From Octopus vulgaris (taxonomy: Eukaryota): DNA of 64,000 bases. A program made the translations under genes and the position numbers. Position 1 is the first letter of the stretch. Each line of letters opens with the position of its first letter. The notes beneath the pieces were generated by a model, which ran no database searches, was not told where the DNA came from, and saw nothing but the letters and a program-made list of their open reading frames with translations. Of the stretch, positions 54,095 to 64,000 are shown one piece after another. The DNA lies in contig OX597819.1 of the NCBI GenBank assembly GCA_951406725.2, forward strand, positions 47,802,001 to 47,866,000. The letters run 5' to 3'.

Positions 54095-54400
54095 GTTATG
54101 ATGACAAATGTTCCAGTTGATCCATCAATGGAACGACTTGCTCATGAAATTAATGTGCAAGTGGTTGAGCATTCCACAGACACAAGTACCATTAACGTAG
54201 TTCTCAGAGAGGAGATTCAGTGCGATACAGAATGTGACAAGGGTAGCCCTTTAAAATACAACTCATTTTCGCCAGCTGAGTGAACTGGAACAATGTGAAA
54301 TAAAATGTCTTGCTCAAACACATAACACATCACTGGGTATTGAACTCATGGATCTCATGATCGTGAGCTGTAAATCCTATCCACTAAGCCATGCACCTTC
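54095..54400 (-). mobile_element. tRNA-derived SINE, family 3 (others at ~11595-11890, 35755-36030)
   Basis: Minus-strand head TGAAGGTGCATGGCTTAGTGG, B-box GAGTTCAATACC, TTGAGCAAGACAYTTTATTTCAC core. Three collinear copies. Confidence 0.8.
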
Positions 54401-54431
54401 ACTTACATTAAGTGATAGTAATGCTCTAAAG

Positions 54432-56447
54432 CAGGGTTTTTCAACGGGAGCCATAAGGCACCCTAAAGGGCCATGAAACATTTCTTGGGCCCACAAAGCT
54501 AAGTTTAAAAAATAGGGAGCCACAGGTTGGCTACAGGAATGGGGCACAGAAAATAAGAGAATCATAAAATTTTAACATGTAGGTATGTATTTTTATTTAT
54601 AAAATGCCCATTACACACACACACACACATATATATATATAAGAAACACATGTATATGCATTTATAATTATGAAGGATCATCCTTAAGAACTAATTTTCT
54701 TTTACACTCATATATGTACCTAAAGAACTCATGTTAGATAATTACATTTTGGGTGTTGTCTGGTTCAAAAGATGGACAGCTACATATTGCATCATATCAA
54801 ATTGCTCCAAAATTTTAAAGCTGCAAAACAAACATACATAATGGACAGCGCAGAAGGCAAAGTCACAGTCATTAATCAAAACTCTACTTCAACATTATTG
54901 ACGACATGGAAAATCCATCCAATCAACAACGTCCATATTTATTGGTTAACATCCGCACAAGTCTCTTTAAGATTCATTTTTCTTTTTTGTTTTGTCAAAT
55001 TGTACCGCTTCTTTCTCTCTCTCTCTGCTTATCTCATCCTACTTCTGCTCTTGATTCCATACTTGCTTGTTTAATTATATTTTTCAGCATCGTTAGTGTG
55101 CAAGTATCTACTTCTTTTTACTGCATTTTACCTAAGTTTTTATAAGTTACTTTAATTATCATAAATATTCCATTCTAGGTCCATAGCGTCAGAGGTGAGG
55201 GCAGAAAGGTCAATCCACCAAGTTAAATCATTGATCAATCATTCAAACTGGACCCAAGCAATGAAGAAAACTGTTTCTTCACATATGAGTATAGGATTTT
55301 ATTTTCAAAAAATCCTATAATTAATAAAGGCTTTGAGAAGTATTCAAACTAAGATGGGTAATCAAGAGGGAGGTGAGAGACTGAGAATATCCCGAAAACA
55401 AACAGGTAATTCACTAGAAAACTAGATAAAATCATTCTTATAAGCACTTTTATATAACTATTAAATTATTAATCAATTTCATAATCCAATAATTGATCAC
55501 TGAATAGTATTATACACTTAATTTAATTAGAGTAAAATTTAATATTGAACTATGTTTAATAGAATATAACAAGATATATTATAAAATCATTTTTCTTTAA
55601 AAAGGAAAATACATTTTCAATATACTTTGCTAACTCTTTTTGGCAATTCGAGTTTGATTGAACAATAAATCAGCCCTATTTTCTCCATGGGTTTACCAGC
55701 TCACTTGCTTTAGCTATCACTTTTATAATTTAGTTTTCAAATTAATTTTCTTTCTGGATTGTCAACCGAAAAGGGAATGATAAATTTTTGTCTCGTTATT
55801 TTTATCTTTTTATAAGCATAAATATTAATCTGTTTTTCCTAATTATCAAAGCCTTTGATTTAGTTAACTGTGTAATGTATTAACTTTATAAACTTGGTTT
55901 TGAAACCAAACATTGACAAGTTGGTAACACTGCATCAGTCACAGGGGTCCCATTGAGATCAGACAATATAAACTGAAATTGTTATATTTTTTGCTTTGTA
56001 AATGTAAATGAATTTATTTAAATGAAATATTTATTCAACTATTTTTTAAATTTACAAGTGGGGTGGATGTTTGATTCAAAACTACAACTTTTAAAGTTTC
56101 TTTCTACTTCTCTAGATGCATTAAGTTGAGGGACAGAGTGGGGATAAAAACTTAAATTAGCATGGGAGCCATAACGATTTCGCATTGAATTAACCCTTTC
56201 ATTACTGTATTTATTTTGAGATGCTCTGTATTTCTTTCAATTACTTTAAATATAACAAAGAGTTTAATAAAATAACTTAGTTATCACTCAGCTAGTGTTA
56301 GGAACATAAATTGTGACTAAGGTTTGGAGGAAGATTTAAATTCAAAACGTATGAAAACAAGACATTTGTACTCAGAGCCGGTTTCAGCCGGGTCGGTATC
56401 AAAAGGGTTAAAGGGGGCCATGGCCAGAATGAGGTTGAGAAACACTG
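54432..56447. mobile_element. hAT-like non-autonomous element (~2.0 kb) with nested piggyBac-like MITE
   Basis: CAGGGTTTTTCAAC ... GTTGAGAAACACTG termini, sub-terminal GGGGCCA/GGAGCCA motifs. 8-bp flanks CTCTAAAG / CTGTAAAA (6/8). Confidence 0.7.
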
Positions 56448-57423
56448 CTGTAAAATATTAGTTATTTTCAAATGAACTCATTACACAATCAGTTATAGAA
56501 CACATCTGTGTTTCTTGTATACATCAGTCAAGACCTATGATGCCCAGCTTATTTTCTCAACTCATATGCACCCCATTAACATTTAAACTAACATTTCACA
56601 TTCAACAGACAACATTCAGTTCATACTTCCAACAGATGTTGCAGATTTTCTGCAACCATTACCCCTATTTTACATTACAACTTATACAGGTCTGATAGAG
56701 CCAATCACAGTCAGAGAATCAGTTTATGAACAACAGGAGTTAAAATCTCTGAACCTCTTCTACTAAGTTATGAATGCAGGCATGGCAGTTTGGTTAAGAA
56801 GTTTGCTTTGTAACCAACCACAATTTCAGATTCAATCCCACTACAAAGATTTCTTTTTTGTGAAATTCTTACCAATCATAATTCTTACCAATCAATATTC
56901 TGTGACTGGAATTTGGTAAACAGAAACCATATGAAAGCTTGTCACATGTATGTGAATTATCTTTCACTGATGTATCATCATCATTTAAAATTTGTTTTTC
57001 TATGCTTGCATAGGTTGGATGCAACTTGATGAGGCAGACTTTTTTACAGTCAGATACCCTTCTTGCTGCTGGCCCTCACTTGTTTCCAAGCAAAGGAATA
57101 TATATCTCCACAGACAGACACATTTTTCATGAGAGACTGGAAATGAACGACCTCGCTTGTATGATGGTGATGCTCATTTACAATCATCATGTAATATCAA
57201 GACATGGATACACGCACACACATAGATAGATAGATAGATATACACAACAGGCTTCTTTCAGTTTCTGTCTATCAAATTCACTTACAGGGTTTTGGTCAGC
57301 CCAAGGCAAAAGTAGAAGACACTTGCTCAAGGTGCCATGCAGCAAGACTAAACTCAAAATCACATGGTTGGAAAATAAGCTTCTAAACCACACACCCAAA
57401 CCTGCCCTAAAACTGATGGATTT

Positions 57424-57542
57424 GCTCACAGCATCTAGGTTTCCCAAGCAGTCACCCATCGAAGTACTAACTAGGATCAATGTTACTTAAATTCAGTGAT
57501 CACATGAGAATCAGTGTTTTTAACAATGATATAGCCATATAT
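57424..57542 (-). pseudogene. Decayed full-length 5S rRNA copy
   Basis: Minus strand reads ...AAAAACACTGATTCTCATGTGATCACTGAATTTAAGTAACATTGATCCTAGTTAGTACTTCGATGGGTGACTGCTTGGGAAACCTAGATGCTGTGAGC. It is 119 nt and collinear with metazoan 5S (GTTAGTACTTGGATGGGTGACCGCCTGGGAA core). Many differences are CpG-type decay. Confidence 0.85.
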
Positions 57543-57943
57543 CAGCAACAATCTGACCAATTGCAAAAAAAACAAAAAAACTGGCTCTTCAACCAAAGTC
57601 CTTCGTGATATTTGTTTAGCATTGAGTTACAATCGCTCCTTAGCTGTTCTTGTTGTCAGAAATGTAGTGAACTGAACTAGTGACTGACTGATTGGTTAGA
57701 AACCCACATTGTTAATATTAAACCAATTATGACAGAAAACAATTGTTATCATGGCTACTCAAATGACGTCCAGCATTAATTATTTTACAGAAGATATCCA
57801 AAACATCAGAGAACCGTTGTATCTCTGGTGATAGGATACAAACACATGGCCTTCAGCCATGAGTTCAACCCCATCACTAAAGATATGCTGAATACTATTC
57901 CACTAAGTTAACAACAATTTCAGTGGTGTAGAAAAAAATTGTG

Positions 57944-58372
57944 GGATCTTTTCGGCTTGAACGGCAGTTTTTAACTTAATTTCTAGGTAACTAAAAAATT
58001 TTAAACTTCGTATACTGGTAGAATGTGTTTATAAAACATCTTTTTCTCTTGACTTTATTGAGAAAATTCTATAGTTTGTAAGATATTTGTTGTTTTTTTT
58101 TTCTTCAATTTCTGCAATTTCAACCAATCACTGACATCTATCGAGGTAAAAAACATTCTGTGCCGTATGAATATGTCCCTCGTTTAAGAAACAGATTGGG
58201 TTTATTTACATTTGTGAACAAAAAAAGATACCCTTCCCCCCACCCCTAACCCTAACAAACCCTAACCCTAAAACAGATTGAAATGCAATAGATCGATACT
58301 AGAGTCATAATTATGGGTGACAATTTCATATGACACCGCTAGAAAAAACTGCCGTTCAAACCGAAAAGATCC
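57944..58372. mobile_element. MITE with ~29-bp TIR and perfect 8-bp TSD (Merlin-like), containing CCCTAA repeats
   Basis: GGATCTTTTCGGCTTGAACGGCAGTTTTT ... AAAAACTGCCGTTCAAACCGAAAAGATCC. TSD AAATTGTG at 57936-57943 and 58373-58380. Confidence 0.85.
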
Positions 58373-59355
58373 AAATTGTGAATGTGGTGCTGATTGTACT
58401 AGTGTGATAGTGGCTATATCTGTGTACTGTGTGGTTGTATCAATGTAGAAAGAGTCATAGCAATGTAACAGAATTTACCATCACTGGTATTATGCACTAA
58501 ATAACCCCTGCTCTATTTACCTGCAAACAAAACAGTTAAGAACAGAGACAGTAAATATCTCAGTATCACTGAACTTGTGACTGACAAGTACATTGGGTTA
58601 GCTGTAATATCAACATCAAATCTTCTCACATGAGAACAACAGTATCACAGAACAGTTGTTTTTTAACTATAAAAATAGAATTCACATAAAGGTACAGGAA
58701 TAAAATTGCTTACTGCTCTATTCAAATTGATGACAATGTAAACTGTCAAGTTAAGGTGTTAGTTAAGGTGTTGATCATCAGTTCAAAAGCTTACTATAAC
58801 CATTTGTTGTAGCCTGTTCCTATGTAAGGTACATAACTCAATAAATGCTACACATCCTATTTTTTTTAACCTTTTAGCATTCAGATTACTCTGTCAGACA
58901 TAATGCTTATTTATTCAAATTCGTTTTGGTTAATCATGCATTATCTCATAACTTCGAAATTACTCTGATGTGATTGTATATTTTTAGAATGACATTGTAT
59001 GGTAGGTATGAGAGACTGAATCTAGTCAGTTTGAAAGAACATGCTGAATATATGGGCTTGATATGGTCAGTTTAAATGCTAAAAAATTAAAAGAATTATT
59101 CTTCAGACAATTAACTTCCATCTTCAAAGATGAAGTCGTTTTTTTTTTAATGTTTTGATGAATCTATCTCTAATTGTTATCAGGTATGTTATACCACCAG
59201 ACTGCATTCAAACTAAAAATCTTTATTTTTAAAGTAAAGGTAACAAAACCATTATCTTACTAGGCCACTGATGTGTCACCTAGACATGTCAACAGCCTAG
59301 TGGATAAGACACGTGATGATGATTGGAGATCAAACTAATTGAAAGTAATGTAGAT

Positions 59356-60210
59356 CATCATCATCAGCAGCATCATTTAACGACTGCTTTCCATGCTGGC
59401 ATGGGTTAGATGGCTTGACTGGAACTGGTAAGCTGGAGCACAGCACCCAGTTCCAGTCTGAATTTAGCTTGGTTTCTATGGCTGGATGCCCTTCTTAAGG
59501 CCAACTTCTTAATGCAGTCTAATGGGTGCCTTCTACATGTCACTGGCACAGGTGCTTTTACGTGTCCCTAGCAGGGGTGCTTTTATGTGTCACTAGCAGG
59601 GGTGCTTTTATGTGTCATTAGCACAGGTGCTTTTATGTGTCATCAGCACAGGTGCTTTTATGTGTCATCAGCACAGGTGCTTTTACGTGTCATCAACACA
59701 GGTGCTTTTACGTTTTATCAGCACAGGTGCTTTTATATGTCATCAGCACAGGTGCTTTTACTTGTTATCAGCACAGGTGCTTTTATGTGTCACTGACATG
59801 GAAGCTGTTACATGTCACCGGCACCAACCCCAACTATGATTTCACTCAGCTTGACGAGTCTTCTCAAGGACAGCAAATCACCAAAGGTCAGGATCACTTG
59901 TCCTCATCTCCATGAGACACCACACTTGAAGATCATGCTTCACCACCTCATCCCATGTCTTCCTGGGTCTCCCTCTTCCACAGCCTCCTCCCACAGTTAG
60001 AGATCAGCACTTCTTTATATAGCTGTACTCATCCATACACATCACACAACCATACCAACACAGACGTCTCTCTTGCACACATCTGATGCCTCTTATGCCC
60101 AACATTTCTCTCAAGACACTTAAACTCAGTCATACATGCACAATGACATTGCACATCCAGCAGAGCATACTAGATTCATTTCTTTCAAGCCTTCACATGT
60201 TCTCTGCCAT
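59356..60210 (-). mobile_element. RTE-clade LINE 3' end containing a 25-bp minisatellite
   Basis: Minus-strand VQERRLCWYG..MCMDEYSYIKKC remnant near 60000-60080; same UTR and (GAT)n tail. Confidence 0.78.
59546..59795. repeat. 25-bp minisatellite, ~10 copies (GCACAGGTGCTTTTATGTGTCATCA)
   Basis: Direct tandem units starting at 59546, 59571, 59596 ... 59771. Confidence 0.92.
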
Positions 60211-60449
60211 CTTCCATCAAAGATGAGGTTAATGCCTTGAAAAGTTATAATCTTAGATAACTCTCAGTCCTCAGATTTGTCAGATTGGTAAAAACTGTTA
60301 CGGTTGAGTGGTTCACAGAAATTAGAATGTCCAGTTAAAATAGTTTCAATGATACCTCAACCATGCAAGCACAAAAAAACGTTAATGTGAATCTGTAAAA
60401 GTAAAAAGATACTACAGTCTACAAATAAAATAACTAAAGACTAACGAAC

Positions 60450-60615
60450 CTCTTCTTGAAGTGCAGCAAGTTCTTCTAAAATATGAGTCCACTTTTCTCG
60501 TTGCCGAGCCCTGTTGTGTCCAGTTATTTGGAATATTGTACAGACTGGACGCACTGCTTTAGTGAGAAATGCATCGACATACTCCTTTGCCTGAGGATTG
60601 TTATACAATGAGGAT
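60450..60615 (-). CDS. NAA35: NAA35 exon: [55 protein letters not shown]
   Basis: Within ORF 60441..60695. Carries the diagnostic GHNRARQR motif. Acceptor ttcttcag|A, donor GAG|GTTCGT; 166 nt (1 nt + 55 codons). Confidence 0.96.
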
Positions 60616-62319
60616 CTGAAGAATAAATAACAAACCAGTAAGTAAGTGCCCGTAATTTTATTCAAATGTAAACTAGTGTTTACAGAATAGTACATATAGC
60701 CTCATTTATTAGGGAACTATTTTTCACTGATTCAAGATAACACAGTACACTCAATTGTGAACCATGTTATTACAGTTATCATGAATTGGTCAGTGACAAC
60801 AAGGGTTGACAATCAAAGATTCCGCTTGCACCATAAAAAAGCACCCCAATGACTACCCACAATGTTCAACTACCCAGAATGTGGTGATTATTGCTTATGT
60901 TCACATGTCTGAGGCTGCATATTTTTTATATAGATGACAAAAGACGGAGATACCTGATGCCTTGCTTTACTCTAGAAGACCTATCCTGCACAGCAGAAGT
61001 GTTAAGGCCACATCCTCTGGTGAAGAGAATTGGCCTGCAAGAGTCTTGTGCTGGTGCCATGTAAAAAGCACTTGTGCTGGCACTACATAGAAGCACTCAT
61101 GCCAGTGTCCAACTACTCTAGAGTGGTTGGCATTAGGAAGAGCATCCGGCTGTAGAAACTACGCCAAATCAGGCTGGAATCTGGTGCAGCTCTCCAGCTC
61201 TGGTCAAACCATCCAACCCATGCAAGCATAGAAAATGGATATTAAATGATGATGATGATGATAATCTTGTACTCATAGCCATCAATGTGGGAACATTGAT
61301 CAGAAAAAAATATGAAGGCACCTGATCCTATCAAATGATGCAGGTGAGCATATTGTCTACAGGAAAATGTAGAGAAGACCAAGAAAATACATGATGGGAG
61401 AAGCTTCTCTGCTATGAGACATGAGTATGGTGTGAATGAATCAGCATTCATTCCATTTACAAAGTGCATGGAAATGACTCATTTATCACTGTATTATTTT
61501 TTTACAGCTCAGAGGTCTGAAGTCACTGCTAGTTAAGTCTTTTAGCCATAGACAGAGCAGCATTGATAATAGGATACAAACAACCAATCCCATCTGGTTT
61601 GTTATTTGATAATGAATCAACTGGGAAGTTAACTATACAATGAGTACTGTTGTCTAGTTAACTTCTCATGACTCAAACTCTATAGCTCTTGATAAGAAAG
61701 AAAGATGTTCAGCAAGATACAAAATAAGTCATAATAAAGAAAACTAAATCTGAGGTGCTCCAGCATGACCCCACAACGGCTAAAACTAAAAAACATGTAA
61801 AATGCGGAAGAATAATTTCTACTGATGCATCAGCTTAAGACTAAGGTCTTCATCAGAAGAATTACATAATTATGATAAAGGCAGCAAGCAGGCAGAATCG
61901 TTAGTATATCAAGTAAAATGCTTAGCAGCATTTCTCCAGGCTCCCTACGTTCTGAGTTCAAATCTCACCAACATTAACTTTGCCTTTAAACTTTTCAGAG
62001 TCAATAAATTAAATTATCAGTCAAGCACTGGAATCGATGTAATCAACTTCCACCCTCTCAAAATTGTTGGATTTACATCAAGATTAGAAAGAATTTTGAT
62101 AAATTATGTACAATGAGAAATAGAATTCAAAGACAATAAATAAGTAAATACAAACTAAAAAAAAAAAAAAGTGTGGTGTATTTTAAGTGGCCATTTTAAA
62201 TTTAGTAGTGATAATAAACCAAAAAATATTCGAAATAAAGTAAATATTTGAAATTTAAGGTTTCAAATTTAAATTTCAGATATTATGGAAATCTACAAGA
62301 GAAAAATGACGTGACTTAC

Positions 62320-62426
62320 TTTGGAAACAGCGCTACAGGAGCGATGAAGTTCCTTATGCTTTCTTTCAAAGTGTCAACAATTGAGTAAATACCAAACAGT
62401 TTTTTGTTGAATGGCAAGAACAGCAA
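62320..62426 (-). CDS. NAA35: NAA35/MAK10 internal exon (first in window): LLFLPFNKKLFGIYSIVDTLKESIRNFIAPVALFP(K)
   Basis: Read manually; not in the ORF track. Acceptor ttgttttag|TTG, donor CCAAA|GTAAGT; 107 nt, ends phase 2 and joins the next exon. Resembles the NAA35 segment NKKVFG...LRSFVSPPVLSPK as I recall it. Confidence 0.9.
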
Positions 62427-62524
62427 CTAAAACAAGAGAGAGACAGAAAAAAATCATTTTTTGTATGATTCCAAGACATAGTAAATTAGAGTGTACTGGA
62501 ATGAAGTTGGTATGCTTTACTAGA

Positions 62525-63092
62525 TGTGCAATGTCAGTATGTGCAACAGAGCACTGGTGTATTGAGAGACAAGTTGGGCATAGGAGGAATTATATGCAGT
62601 GTGCCAGAGAGGAGACTGCAGTGGTTTAGTGATGTGATGCAGATGGATGAGGACAGTTGCATAAAGAAGTGCAGATCACAAAGTGGAGGGAAGTTGTGGA
62701 AGAGGGAGACCCAGGAAGACATGGGATGAAGTACTGAAGGTCGATCTCAAACTGCTGAACCTTACAAAGATGATGACAGAGGAATGAGATAGATCAAGAT
62801 ATGTGGTGCATTGCTGTACCTAATAAGACCCACCTACCACAGAAATGGGATCCTGAAACCAAGGTGCCATATAAAAATCACTGGTGTGTATGCTGGTGCC
62901 ACATAAAAAGTACTGGTGATGGTGCCATGTAAAAAGCACCCAGTACATTCTGTAAAGTGGTTGGCATTAGGAAGAGCATCCAACTGTAGAAACAAAACCA
63001 AAACAGACAAGGCCCCTGGCTTTGCCAGTCCCTGTGAAGCCATCCAGCCCATACCAGCATGGAAAACAGGCATTAAATGTTGATGATGGTGA
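62525..63092 (+). mobile_element. RTE-clade LINE 3' end (RT C-terminus + 3' UTR)
   Basis: RRLQWFSDVMQMDEDSCIKKC and G.GRP.KTW-like remnants, then the GGCATTAGGAAGAGCATCCA UTR motif and a (GAT)n tail. Confidence 0.8.
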
Positions 63093-63169
63093 TTGGAGTA
63101 ATATCTCTAAATCAATAAGGTGATTCAAGTATCTCCTGACAGAGGGCCAAAACAGAAACAATTAATTAT

Positions 63170-63425
63170 GTATATCGTTGTGTCCTCATCTTGATTGTTG
63201 CTTTCACCACATTTCAACTGTTGTATGCTCCAGCCTTCTTCAGGTGTCTTGTATTGAACTCTGTTGTTGTATCAGAATTTCAAACCTAACCCTTTATTTG
63301 ATCCCCAGGGGCACACTGTTCTCATTCCGCTCTCTGCATTTCGTGACATCAAGATGAGGACACCAATGCAACTAATATAAACATTATACATAATATAAAT
63401 TCCTCATCCCAGAAATATAGAACTG
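63170..63425 (-). mobile_element. Penelope-like pLTR fragment with a degenerate hammerhead and short inverted repeat
   Basis: Minus strand CAC-CTGAAGA-A-GGCTG..CAGTT-GAAA-TGTG-GTG (~63247-63205). Inverted repeat GTGTCCTCATCTTGAT / ATCAAGATGAGGACAC. Confidence 0.6.
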
Positions 63426-64000
63426 AGAAATAATTAAATCAAATCAGTTGGTGATAATGACAACAATACTTTACTGATATTATTTAGACCATTAAAACTA
63501 AAGGCAAAAAGATTTCATCAGGAACATTTTTTTTTTTTAATTAATTTCAAGCATAATTGTGTGGTTAACAAGCTCACTTTGCAAATGTATGATTTTAGGT
63601 TCAATCCTACTGAATAGTATCTTGGGCAAATATCTTCTAGTATAGCCCCAGGTTGACCAATTCCTGGTGGGAATAGAAAGTAAATGTTTTGAAAAATGAT
63701 AATAAACATTATAGGCACAGGTATAGTTGTGTGGTGAAGCTCACTTTGCAACCATGAGGTTTCAGGTTTCATCCCATTGCACAGCACCTTGGGTAAGTGC
63801 CGTCTATTATAGCCTTAGGTCGATCAATGCCTTGTGAGTGAATTTGGGAGACAGAAACTCTGTGTGTGTGCGTGTGTGTGTGTGTGTGCACATGTTTGTG
63901 TGTTTGTGTGTGTGTGTGCATGTTTGTGTGTGTGTGTTTGTGTGTGTCAGTTTGTCCCCATTGATTTATTTACATCCCAGTAACTTAGAGACTTGGTGAG

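Noticed and set aside
59546-59795. CRISPR-like regular 25-bp repeat
   Set aside because: Units are contiguous with no unique spacers, lie in an RTE 3' UTR, and there are no cas genes in this eukaryotic intron.
61822-61858. CTGATGA-containing hammerhead-like remnants (also ~51680-51705)
   Set aside because: The GAAA core is missing; too degenerate to call.

Overview
AT-rich, repeat-dense eukaryotic genomic DNA. The SINE and RTE repertoire resembles an octopod cephalopod; this is inferred from remembered repeat families, not searched. The only protein-coding gene I can support is the 3' half of NAA35/MAK10 (NatC auxiliary subunit) on the minus strand. It has nine GT-AG exons (62426-62320, 60615-60450, 27281-27103, 25859-25774, 22453-22335, 17877-17737, 10932-10810, 6912-6832, 4847-4788) whose phases join into an uninterrupted 353-aa C-terminal ORF, with one 33.2-kb intron. 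The 5' exons lie beyond the window. The rest is intronic or 3' flank. It contains three tRNA-derived SINE families, RTE and CR1/L2-type LINE fragments, Penelope-like pLTRs with hammerhead-like motifs, Tc1, mariner, pogo, hAT and piggyBac-like elements, a Merlin-like MITE, a non-autonomous Helitron, a decayed 5S rRNA copy and microsatellites. The most unusual observations are: (1) a Penelope-like fold-back whose loop is a 37-nt copy of intron sequence 1.2 kb away; (2) a SINE that has acquired 125 bp of another SINE's flank plus a second tail; (3) hammerhead motifs on the pre-mRNA strand; (4) head-to-tail SINE chains; (5) a 5S copy abutting a SINE head. No CRISPR array or prokaryotic system is present. 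All alignments were done by eye.
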